From positions 101,485,372 to 101,549,371 of the forward strand of contig NC_068984.1 of NCBI RefSeq assembly GCF_001194135.2: a stretch of DNA of 64,000 nt, in the 5' to 3' direction. A program made the position numbers and the translations under genes. The notes under the pieces are model-generated. The model was not told where the DNA came from. It saw only the letters and a list, made by a program, of their open reading frames with translations, and made no database searches. This DNA is from Octopus bimaculoides (taxonomy: Eukaryota). Positions 52,366 through 64,000 of the stretch are shown piece after piece; position 1 is the first letter of the stretch; each line of letters begins with the position of its first letter.

Positions 52366-55165
52366 TAGTTAGCGACTTTAGGATCATAGTTAGCGACTTC
52401 AGGATCATAGCTAGCAACTACAGGATCAAGGCTAAATGGATGTCCAGAAGACGACCAGCATTGAGGAGAAGGGTCTGGAAGCTTAAATTTCTGTCCTGCG
52501 AATGGACAGAGATTTAGAGACATATTACTCGAAGCCTTTGACGAAATAGAAGGGGATATAACGTCACACGAAATAGAAGACAACTGGAAGTTTCTACAGG
52601 ACAACCTGCTGAGGGGCCACTGACCAGATCTGTGGATGGTGCAAAGTCTCCTCTCAACCCAAGGTAACGTGGTGGTGGAACAATGTTGTTGACAGGGCTA
52701 TCAGAGAAAAGAAACAGGCTTGAAAGGACTGGAAGAACAGTGGTAGCTGGGAATTGTACCAGATTGCCAGAAGGGAAGCTAGGAGACAGGTTTATTTAGC
52801 CAGAGGGGAAGCAGATAAGAAAAAGTTTGCCAATGTTCTGCGCCATGAGAACCAAAGACTTGAAGTGCAAGACAGTGTATGAGAGAGAACTGTGATGCCA
52901 TAGGAAAGAAATGTGTCTGCATGAATGATGGCTCATTTGCATTTAATGACGCTGCAGAGAGAGAGAGAGACTTGGAGACACCACTATGAAAGGTTGCTAA
53001 ATGAAGAGAATGAATGGGATAAAGAGAGTCTGCTGAATGTCAACCCAACTGAGGGACCAGCTATCTGAATTGACAGTACCTCGGTAGACAAAGCAATTAA
53101 GGGTATGAAGACAGGGAAAGCCCGCGACCTATCAGGAATCACTGCAGAGATTCTTAAAATATCTAGCGGTGTCGGTTATAGTCTAGTCACCTGTATAGTC
53201 AATCAGGTGATACATGAAGGAGTCATACCCAATGACTGGTGTAGCAGCACCATAGTCAACTGCTACAAAGGTAAAAGTGATGCATTAGATATGAATAATT
53301 ACAGAAGTATCAAATTGTTGGATCAGGTAATGAAAGTCACGGAGAGGGTCATAACCCAACTAATTAGAGAGAGAGTCAATCTAGATGAAATGCAGTTTGG
53401 ATTCATGCCAGGGAAAAGCACAACTGATGCTATATTTCTGGTAAGACAGCTGCAGGAGAAATACCTAGCCAATGATAAACCTCTGTACCTGGCTTTCGTT
53501 GACATGGAGAAAGCCTTTGACAGGGTCCCCCGATCCCTTAGCTTGTGGTCAATGTGGAAACTAGGGATAGATGAGTGGTTAGTGAGAGCTGTACATGCGA
53601 TGTACAGAGATGCTATCAATAAGGTGAGGGTTGGAAATGAGTACATTGAAGAATTCCAGGTAGGAGTAGGGGTTCACCAAGGATCAGTCCTCAGACCCCT
53701 CCTATTCATCATAGTCTTCCAGGCAATAACAGAGGAATTCAAGACAGGATGTCCATGGGAGCTTCTCTATGCTGTTGACCTTGCTCTAATTTCTGAGTCA
53801 CTATCAGAACTAGAGGAGAAGTTCAGGTGTAGAAGCAAGGATTAGAATTGAAGGGCCTTAGAGTCAACCTAGCTAAAACCAAAGTCTTAATAAGTAGGAA
53901 GGCAAACAAACCACAAATCCCTTCAGGTAGATGGAAATGCTCAATCTGTAGAAAATATATAGGTAGAAACTCCATAAGATGTACTTGGTGTGAGCTATGG
54001 ACACAAAAGAAGTGCAGCAATATCAAAGGAAGGCTAACTGGGAAGATAGTTTTTTGTGTGTGGCAAATGCTCAGGGGCAATAAACACTGAAAATGTGCAG
54101 AAAACAGCTTCTGTCACATTCAAAGGGGGGAAAAACTAGAAATAGTTCATGGCTTCCATTACCTACATGACCAAGTCAGTAATGGGGGTGGATGCTCTGA
54201 TAGTGTAGCTGCTACAGTAGGAATAGCCTGAGAAAAGTTCAGAGAGCTCCTACCTCTGCTGGTGACAAAGAGTCTCTCAGAGTAAAAGGTAGACTGTATG
54301 ATGCATGTGTGCAAACAGTCATGCTACATGGCAGTGAAACATGGGCTGTGACTGCTGAGGACATGCATATGCTTGCAAGGAATGTGTAATGCCAGTGTGC
54401 ATACATGACAGAGTGTAAGCACCCTGAGAGAAAAGTTGGACATAAGAAGCATCAGATGTGATGTGCAAGAGAGACGACTGCGCTGGTATGGTCATGTGTT
54501 GCGTATGGATGAGGACAGCTGCGTGAAAAAGTGTCACAGTCTAACAGTGGAGGGAACCTGTGGAAGAAGTAGACTCAAGAAGACCTGGGGTGAGGTGATG
54601 AAGCATGACCTTTGAATGCTGGGCCTCACCGAGGCAATGACAAGTGACTGAGACCTTTGGAGATATGCTGTACTTGAGAAGACCCAGCAAGCCAAGTGAG
54701 ACCATAACCATGGCCTATGCCAGTACAGCATAACCAGCTCATTTAAGCATATTCTTCAATCATTGGGCAATAAACTGCACTTGCGAAGACGTGTTAAGGT
54801 AAGTGAAGTTGTCATAGCTGATGACAGTATTGCCTCACTGGCACCCGTGCTGGTGGCACATAAAAAGCACCATTTGAGTGTGGTTGATGCCAGTGCTGCC
54901 TGACTGGTCCCATGCCAGTGGTGTGTAAAAAGCACCATGCGAGCGTGGTCATTGCCATTACCACCTGACTGGCCCTCATGCCGGTGGCACGTAAAAAGCA
55001 CCCATTACACTCTCGGAGCTGTCAGTGTTAGGAAGGGCATCCAGCTGTAGAAACTTTGCTAGATTGGATTGGAGCCTGGTGCAGCCTTCTGGCTTGCGAG
55101 CCCTCAGTCAAACCATCCAACCCACGAAAGCAGACATTAAACGACAACGATGATGATGATGATGA
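52366..55165 (+). mobile_element. 5'-truncated RTE-clade LINE, decayed (RT, PHD-like finger, 3' UTR, (GAT)n tail)
   Basis: ORF 53105-53845 has RT motifs QFGFMPGKST, FVDMEKAFD, GVHQGSVL and LLYAVD. Frameshifts and stops are present; it ends in a gat repeat. Confidence 0.95.
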
Positions 55166-55933
55166 CTGATTCAGAATCAAAACTAATTTTTAAGAGCGAA
55201 CCAATATAATTGCCTCAAATAGTTCACAGTAACAGCTTTATCAAAACCCACAAAAACATAACATAATATTAATAATTGTGGGTTTTTAATTCAAAACAAT
55301 GAAACCTTGAATTAATGAAGAACATTTTGACCATGAGTATATTATCATGACATGGTTATAGTTCAAATAAATTAATAGAATACTGCATTTGCTGATGCAA
55401 AAGACATTCCCTCTAGTAACAATTATTAACAATTCGTAACAATTACTGTGCCTAGTAGCCCCCTAGACTACTACATTTAGTCTACCATCTGCGACACAGC
55501 CACATTAGAGCACATTTTTGATACGTTTAAAATAAAAAAAGTATGTTTCATACACCAGTAAATATGGTATGTCTTATTTTCCTTTTTCTTTTAAACCTGG
55601 AACTTATTCTATCAGTCTTTTTTGCCAAACTGCTAAGTTATGGGGACATAAACACATGAACAACAGTTGTTAAATAGTGATGGAGGACACTCACACACAC
55701 ACACACACACACACACATTGGGCTTCTTTCAGTTTCAAAATCCACTCACATGCCTTGGTCAGCCTGAGGCTATAGTAGAAGACATTTGCCTAAGGTGCCA
55801 TGCAGTGAAACTGAACCCAGGACCATGTGGTTGGGAAGCAAACTTCTTACCACACAGCCACACCTCACCTATCTAAAATGTTTTTTTCTAAAATATAATA
55901 AAAACAATTCAAAAGAATAAAGCATATACTAAC

Positions 55934-56080
55934 TGATCTTGTTGTCAGTTTTTGATTGCAAATCAGTCAACAGTATTTCTAGTCTGTGGTTTGCTACAAA
56001 CAAAAGCAAACCTTTGATTTGCTCCAATGTGGCAGGACCATCTATAGCTGTGAATATATTCTGATTCATATCACCATTAT
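55934..56080 (-). CDS. CFAP54: CFAP54 exon (NGDMNQ...TLEQIKGLLLFVANHRLEILL...)
   Basis: catttgtAG / GTTAGT junctions, 147 nt, phase 1-1. Confidence 0.8.
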
Positions 56081-56853
56081 CTACAAATGAAAAGTACAGT
56101 AAACTGAAACACATTATCATATACAATACATTATATAACAATCATATCAAAGTAATCTTTATGTTTATTATTACAAAGGCAGTTAGCTGGCAGAATCATT
56201 AGCATGCTGGACAAAATACTCGGTGGTATTTCTTCCAGCTATGCATTCTGTGGTTAAATTCAACTGACGTCAAATTTGTCTTTCTTCCTTTTGGGTTTAA
56301 TAAAATAGGTATCAATCATGCCCCTCCCCACAAATTTCAGGCCCTGTACCTATAGTAGAAAGAATTATAATATACAATATCAATTTCTTAGATTACTACA
56401 AGAACACAAAAATTATAGGGGAGACTTATAGTCATTGAATTGACTCTGGTATATGACTGATATCTATTTGTTTTTGAAACACAAAATCAACCTAAGTAAG
56501 ATGCAAGCTTAGAACTTAAAAGACTGAAAGTAAATTAGGAAAGGCATTCAGTTTAGTTCAGTATAACTATTTCTGCCATTACCCAACCTGTATTACCATG
56601 AATAACATTTACATCTTTTGCAGATACAGTGTAAAACAGACACTAATAATGGTCTCAAATTTTGGCACAAGGCCAGCAGTTTCAGGGAGGGGATAAGTTG
56701 ATTACAACAACTCCAGTGTTCAATTGGTACTTAGATAATTGACCCTGAAGGGATGAAAGGCAACGTCAACATTGGTGGAATTTGAATGCTGCTAAGCATT
56801 TTGCCCAATGTACTAACGATTCTGTCAGCTTGCTGCCTTAAAAAAACAGACAC

Positions 56854-57054
56854 TTATATTAACACTGCTTATTTTAAATAAATTGTCAATTTCCAAAAGA
56901 AAATTGACTGAAGCAGGATATAAACCCAAGAGATCTGCAATCAAGTTGCAGGAAAGCATCCATAGATAATGAATATTAATTTCTTTCAAGAAAGCACATA
57001 TGTAGAGACATATGATATTGGGACTTATTTTTGTCAAAATTGACTGGATTTCAA
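56854..57054 (-). CDS. CFAP54: Probable CFAP54 exon (EIQSILTKISP...INIHYLWMLSCNL...); boundaries uncertain
   Basis: Open frame in the required phase 1-1, but the acceptor is GAG and the candidate donors (GTGTCT or GTGTTA) are weak. Confidence 0.55.
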
Positions 57055-57879
57055 CTCAGAAATAAGAGGAGTAAAACTAAATACTGTAAATAACTTATTA
57101 CAATTGACTCACTAAAATGGAGGCTCTATATTAATCACAAGGAATTAATTACCTAGCAATGCTGAGCTCAAATCCTTTTATAGGTCTGGATAATTCATTA
57201 AAGATTCCACCAATGTACTGTGCTTTGAACCACACCATACAGATATCATTTTCAGTGATTTTGCAATGACTCAACCAGCTACAAAATATTGTCTTTTCTT
57301 TTTCTCCCTACAACTTATGCAGCTTACTTCCTTGTCAGATTGATTTATTTTGCACTAATGCAACAGTAAGAAAGGAAACCAAAATTTAAGTCAAAATGAA
57401 ATCACTACTCTTATATTACAAAGGAACATAATGAAAATTAGTTGATGGAGAGATCACCTATTCTAGTCTTGAAAGCAACTTGTTGATTCCATTGAAAATA
57501 TTATCAAAAATAAAAAAATCAGTGACAATTCCACTATAGCTCCTATGTTATTACAGATTTTGAAGAACTAATTGGCAGATAATATAGCATGATGGAATAA
57601 CCCATGATTTAACACAATTTTATCTATGCATTTTTATTGGTTATTTTAGTATTTGTAATTGAGAAGATACAACTGAATTCAATGATGTTGCTGCTATATA
57701 TGAAAAGACTATTTAGTTGACATGAGAACGGAAAAATGAAAATGTAGAAATATTATGTGATAAGATATACTTCATTCCATTAAACTTAGATTTATTTTAC
57801 TAACAAAAATAATCCTTTCTACAATAGATGCAAGGCTTGAAATTTTGGGGAGGAGAGTAGTTGATTACAATGTAATTGA

Positions 57880-59690
57880 CTTATCCCCTCCCATGAAATT
57901 GCTGGCCTTGTCCAAGAATTTGAAACCATTATTTATTGCTCCTGTGCACCTACCACAAACAAATTCTACTTTCTCTGTTAACCTTCCTTTGAATCCACTG
58001 CACCTCTTGTGTGTCCATAGTTTGCATTGACCACACCATATGGAATTTCTACCTACACCTAGTCTACATATGGAGCAGGGCCATTTACCCAAAGGGTTTA
58101 GTGTTCTGTTTGTTTTCCTGCAAACTAGAACTTTAATCTTTGCTAAGTTAACCATAAAACCCTATGATTCCAATTTTTGTTTCTATACTTGGAATTTTAA
58201 TCTAATTCTTCTATAATTTCAGCTATATTAACAAGGTCATCAGCATAGAGGAGTTCTCATGGGCAAGTAGTCTTAAATTCCACTGTTATGGCCAGGAGGA
58301 CTGTGATAAATAAGAGGGGATTGATAACCAAACCCTGATAAACTCCTACCTACACACTAAATTCACTTCTGTACCCATTGTTAACTCTCACTTTGCTAAT
58401 AGCATCCCTGTACTTAAACGGCTCTCACTAGCCATTAATCTACTCCTAGCATTCAAATCAACCACTAGATGAGGAATTGAGACAACTTGTCAGAGGCTTT
58501 CTCCAGGTCAATGAATGCCAAGTACAGTGGTTTACATTTTGCTAAATACTATTTAATAGTGCTTCTCCCAGACACAAAACCAAACAGCATCTCATCTAGG
58601 TTAACCCTCTTTCTAAAGGGTTATGGCCCTTTCAGTGACATTTATAACCTGGTCCAGTAATTTGACATTTTTGTAATTACTTCTTCCCAAGGCAATTCTT
58701 TCACGTTTGTAACAGTTGACTATGATGCTACTACACCAATCATAGAATATGATGCCTTCCTGTACAACTTGATTAAATATATATGTGACTAGGCCATATC
58801 TTACACTGCCAGATACTTGAAGCATTTCACAGGTAATTTCTGATGGACCAGGAGCTTTCTCAATCTTCATTTTCTTAATTACTTTATCTATAACTCTACA
58901 GTCAACATGAATGGCTGGACTCTCTGTCAGGTTCACGTTAGGAAGACTCTCTTTTCCCAATGCATTCTCCACATTTAATAACCTGTCATAATAGCACTCC
59001 TTTTTATCAGAATCATTAAATGCAAGCATGCCATCATACTTCCACACACATTTCTGTCCTGTAGTGTCTCAATATTCTCTGCTACACTGCTTTGAAATCT
59101 GGAATACCTCATGTCATTGATCTTCAGGGTGTAGAACATTGGCAAACCTTTCTTTTATGCATCTTCCCTTGCTAAATAGACTTGCCTTCTAGTTTCTCTT
59201 ATAGCTACTGGGTAAAGTTCTTTTCTGCCCCCCCCCCCTCTCAAACCTTTTGAGCCTGTATCCTCACTTTTGTTGTTCTATCTACTTCCCTGTTCTGCCA
59301 CATCACCCTTGGTCTGGATGGAATTTTGCACTAAGCACAAATTTGGTCTGAAGCCATTAGTAGATTGTCTTGTAAAAATGTCCAATTGTCCTCTATGTTA
59401 TACATCTGTATCTTCTCCTTTTCATCAAATGCTTCAATTTATACATCTCTAAATCTTTGACTGTTTGAAAGATCTCTAAGCTTCCAGGTTTTCCTTTTCC
59501 AGATTGGTTTGCATTCTACCTCTAAGTCTGAAGTCACTTATAACTAACCTAAGTCGGGAAGTACATTCTTCACCAGGAAAGGACTTTGCATTCACAAGCA
59601 TCTGCCTATCCTGTTTTCTAGTGAGAACATAGTCAATCTGGCTCTTGTGTTTACTGAATTTATAGGTGATCAAGTTGCTGGTGAGTTTTC
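57880..59690 (-). mobile_element. Decayed RTE LINE (endonuclease C-terminus, RT, PHD-like finger)
   Basis: Contains SQIDYVL, KAPGPSEI, ELLYADDL and CSICR..C..C...H..C motifs. Confidence 0.9.
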
Positions 59691-59984
59691 TGAACTGATT
59701 TTTTCTGAGTGAAATGCTCTCTCCATATATTTTGTCTTATAATGATGAAATGGATTTATAATGATGAAATGGAATTAAAAAACCTTTACTTCACACTGAA
59801 AAGATTTAAACAGGTCAAAACAGTTTCTTCTATATATGCATATTAAGTACTTTATAGTTGAAATGGAAAAATAATAATTGTAGAAAAACTATATATGATG
59901 TACTTCATTTCATTAAATACAATTTACTTCACTAACACAAAATAAGATAAATCAGATGACACTAAGAAGCAAGATGGTTTTCTA

Positions 59985-60410
59985 CAGTTCTTTGGTTAGT
60001 GAAACGTGGAAGATGACAGCAGGACTCATCCACAAACTAGATGTATTCTATCAGAGGTGCCTCTAAAGGATTATCAATGTCTCATGACAAGACAGAATAA
60101 CTAATGAAGAAGTCTAGGGGAGAACCAGCCAGAAACCACTAAACATCACAGTCAAAGATCATCATCTGAGATTTCTTGGACATTTTTTAGAATGCCATCA
60201 ACAAGACATCCAAATCTCTCCTTCAATTGCAAGCCAGAAGGTGAAAAAAGGAAATGTGCACACCTATTAATGACATGGAAGACAACAGTTCTGAAGGATC
60301 TAGATGCAGAGGCATTGAGCTAATAGGATGCCAAATCTCTTGCAGAAGACCACAGAGGATGGAAATCTTTTGTTGCTGTTCAATGTTCTACATAGAATAA
60401 GTGGAAGTAA
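59985..60410 (+). mobile_element. C-terminal remnant of a second RTE family
   Basis: Translates to SETWKMT...DRITNEEV...LRFLGH with stops. Confidence 0.7.
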
Positions 60411-60649
60411 CTGACACAAGATAAATAAATTTATAAATTAATTAATAAAACAAAATTGACACCTAACAAAATGATTCTCTCTATTGAAACTGAAAGAAAC
60501 AGCCAGCCAATGAAAAGAGCTTTCAAGAAGAGTCATTAAACTTTTACTGTAATCAGCTTTGCTCAAATTATAAATGGATCAAATTTAGTTTTCATAGGAC
60601 TATATGTAAATCAGAAGAATAAAGAACACAAAAATACAGCTGTACTTAC

Positions 60650-60687
60650 CAATGTCATGTCCATGTACATTTTTAATTAATGTGGCA
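60650..60687 (-). CDS. CFAP54: Probable 38-nt CFAP54 microexon (ATLIKNVHGHDI)
   Basis: Strong pyrimidine tract ending in TAG, GTAAGT donor, phase 2-1; fits the next exon. Confidence 0.6.
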
Positions 60688-61348
60688 CTAATTGAAATGA
60701 AAGAAAGATAAAAACATGACTAATAATTACTATATAAATCTGCTAGCAGAAACATTAACAATCCAGGCAAAATGCTTAGCAGCAATTTGTCTGTTTTCAC
60801 ATTTAAAATTATGCCTGAGCAAATGATTGTGACATTAAACATTAATTTATTATCCTTTTATATATTGTATTAAACAAGTTTCACAATGTTCTCTATTAAC
60901 AAAATATCTTTGTAATTTTTTTAGCCATCTCATCATACATATTGAATACTTTATCTGTATGCTCACACACATATACACATACACATGTGCATGAGTACAT
61001 ACACATAAATACACATACACCATAATATAATATTCTTATCGTCATCATGTCTGATAGAATGAAATTGTGTCTTGGAGGAAAGGGATACTGTAGGTGGTCA
61101 CTTATGAATCTTTCTCCCAGTGCAGCACTGTCAGTTCCATGTGTGAGAGAGAGAGAGAGAAAGAGAAAGAGAGAGAGAGAAAGAGAAAGAGAGAGAGAGC
61201 TCAACCTTATCATTTGACTGATATTTTATTTCAATAACCCTAGAAGTGTGAAAAGTGATGTTGACCTTAGTAGAGTTAGATCTCACAATGCAAAGAGCTG
61301 AAAATGTCAATGTCTCCTTTTGTGGGCCAATACTACTTACTTATTTAC

Positions 61349-61406
61349 CACAAGATAGACAGCTGGTCTAACACAGACAACATTCCTTCATGATTTGGTA
61401 CATATT
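61349..61406 (-). CDS. CFAP54: Possible CFAP54 exon (YVPNHEGMLSVLDQLSIL)
   Basis: ttgttaAG / GTAAAT junctions, 58 nt, phase 1-2 compatible; protein similarity not recognised. Confidence 0.3.
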
Positions 61407-61461
61407 CTTAACAAGGCCAGTAAACTGAGGTAATGTAGAATAAACTAGCTTGCAGCCCTTA

Positions 61462-61836
61462 TTACCTCTGCCTTCACGAAGGCAGAGGTATTGTTTTCAG
61501 TCATGTTTGTTTGTTTGTTTGTTTGTCCATGGACAAGTTATCTCAAGAACCACCAGATGGATTTGGCTGAAACTGTCAAGGATATTTGACTTTGTGACTG
61601 GCACAAACTAATTAAATTTTGGGATCAATCTGGTACTGGACAAGGGTTCTGAATTATTTTTCCTGTTTTTTTACTTAATTTTTGAGAGCAGTCAGGTTCA
61701 TTTTTCATATTCTCGTTTGTGAGAGCAGTCAAGCTTATTTCAGATATTCTTATTTTGAAAATCATCTCTAGCTAATCTTTGAGAGGACATTGGTGTTGCC
61801 TTAGCAGAGGTTTGTACTCTCTGCATTCTCTTGTTT
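61462..61836 (+). mobile_element. Second copy of the HINE-like element
   Basis: Collinear with 15664-16020. Confidence 0.75.
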
Positions 61837-62662
61837 GAATTCAAACTACTTGAAAAAGAAAACTAAAACCTTATTCACTCAGTTATTTTGCTTCTACCAA
61901 GCACAGCATAACCAAACTGTAGTAGTCTGTAATGGGAATACATTTTTAGTCACTCCTCACCACCAGTTCTAGTGCTTCATTTTCTCTGTGGTTTTTATCT
62001 TCTCATCATTAATAACCTGTAAACTGTTTACAATGTGACAAGAATGCAAAAGTCCTTACCATACATCAATGATAATGAAACCCAGCAAGGCTTAAATCCT
62101 CATACTTTGATTCCAAGTATATGATACCTCTCTCCATCTCTCTCTCTCTCTCTCACTCTCTGATTTAGAATTTCAACTCGAAAATTATAATTAAATGAAA
62201 CTGAGTGTGTTCCTATTGATTAACAGAAATCTGTGTTAACATGAGCCTCCTAATTTCAGATAACTCCATTTATACCTGTGACAACAATACAAACCTCTTT
62301 TCTCCTTTTCTATTTCCTTTCAAACCACCACATGGAAAAATTTTAACTGCTTCTGCCAGCTATTAAAAAATTTTAAATTCCACCATATTCTTCAAAAGAG
62401 ATGAGATCATCCACTAAAATTCAATAACATTAAAATCTAAGTTTATTATATTAAAGAAGAACATCATTTTGTCATGTTTCCAATTCTGATCAACATCTCT
62501 CACTTTAAAAATATCCTCTCATTACGCTGTCATTTACCAATCTGTTTTAGAAGTAATATATGGTTACAGCTCCATCAATGAATCTAGGCCTTTTGCTTAG
62601 AAAAACAAAGCTCAATTTAGGAACAGAAAATAAATAATATTTTTGTCCTGATTTTATGATTT

Positions 62663-62972
62663 TGTAGTGGCGCGAAATTATAGCCGCTGATTAAGTTGTG
62701 ATTGGTATTGGAAGATTAAGAGCTTCCTTGATACCTGCCAGAGGGGCAAATAGCTATCATATCGATAGCATCGTGGTGAAGACTGCTTCGATGAGGAGCA
62801 AGGTGTTGTCACGTAGAAGGTCTCTCGCTCAACTAGCTTAGAAAGTGAAACCAACTCTTTAAGTACTAGTTTTACTACGCATGTGCACTCGAGGGGCTTC
62901 CAGTGGTGAAGTCCCTTGCACATGCGCAGAATAGTACTTCCTCAATGGCGGTTATAGTTTTGCACCACTACA
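62663..62972. mobile_element. TGT...ACA element with 25-bp TIR and 4-bp TSD (Ginger-like MITE or Gypsy solo LTR)
   Basis: Left tgtagtggcgcgaaattatagccgc versus right-end reverse complement tgtagtggtgcaaaactataaccgc; ATTT on both flanks. Confidence 0.7.
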
Positions 62973-63339
62973 ATTTTAATGATAATGAAATAACATTTAA
63001 AATAAACTTACAAGCTTTCATCTTCATCAGGAATGACATTTATACACTCAGCCAGTGTAATGAGAAGTCTAATGATGGCCAGATTTAATTCACTGCTCAC
63101 TTGGGGTCCATATGAAACAAGTAATTGGTTTGTCAGATATTTGCTCAAGATCAAATGCAATACCTAAAAAATAGTATCAAAAGTATTCTGTCAATTATGA
63201 TATCAGTGTTAGGAAGGGCATGTAGCCATAAAAACCCTGCCAAAACAGACAGTGAAGCCTGGTGCAGTTGCCTGGCTTGCCAGCTCCTGTCAAACTGTCC
63301 AACCCATGCCAGCATGGTAGATGGACGTTAAATGACGAC

Positions 63340-63373
<34 letters not shown>

Positions 63374-64000
63374 GTGATGATGATATCAATAACTAACATA
63401 AAAAAAAATTACTGGTTTATTTTTCTGAATTGACTCTTGTGAATTGCTTGAAACTCCTCTACCTACCATCTGAAAATTTTTCCCAACAAATTCTGATATA
63501 ATCAGAATCTATACCATCTGAAAGGTGTTTATAGAACATTTCATTAAAGGATATCCATTTTATTGAACGCTATGAGGATACAGATCTGGAAGTGGGGCAG
63601 GAGCACACTTGTGTTGGTATCTTTTATCTTTTACTTGTTTCAGTCATTAAACTGCAGCCCCTGTACTTATTTTTTCTAAAGCCTGATAATACATTTTCTA
63701 TCAGTTTCATTTGCTATAAGGACACAAACACACCAAGACCACTTGTTAACATCGGTTGTCAAGCAACAGTGGGGTGACAATCACAGACACAAATGCTCAT
63801 ACATAAATATATATCTAGGACAGACTTCTTTCAGTTTCTCTCAACCAAATCCACTGACATGGCTTTGGTTGGCCGAAGTCTATAGAAGTCACTTGCCCAA
63901 GATGCCATGCAGTGAGACTGAACCCGGAACCATGTGACTGAGAAGCAAGCTTCTTAGCACACAGCTGTACCCACGCCTATATATATATATATATATATAT

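Noticed and set aside
52366-55165. Active autonomous LINE
   Set aside because: It is 5'-truncated and frameshifted, and the catalytic YADD is mutated to YAVD.

Overview
AT-rich, repeat-dense animal genomic DNA with six N-gaps. The SINE/RTE repertoire points to an octopod cephalopod (Octopus-like); this is inference from repeat families I recall, not a search result. Two protein-coding genes can be supported, both on the minus strand. (1) The 3' part of a multi-exon CFAP54 gene: 18 exons reconstructed by hand between 61406 and the stop at 17061, with GT-AG junctions and consistent phases. The gene continues beyond the right edge. (2) About 4.5 kb downstream, a complete RAD51B whose 358-aa CDS has no introns (12534-11458). 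The rest is mostly transposon-derived: several tRNA-head SINE families, decayed RTE-clade LINEs with a PHD-type finger after the RT domain, Tc1, Tigger/pogo and mariner remnants, and hAT, piggyBac, Helentron-type and foldback MITEs. The most unusual item is a ~124-nt structured element duplicated in the two introns flanking one CFAP54 exon, a candidate intronic ncRNA. The first ~3.5 kb look promoter-like but I could not assign a gene. Protein identifications rest on remembered similarity to human proteins and need BLAST/HMM confirmation.
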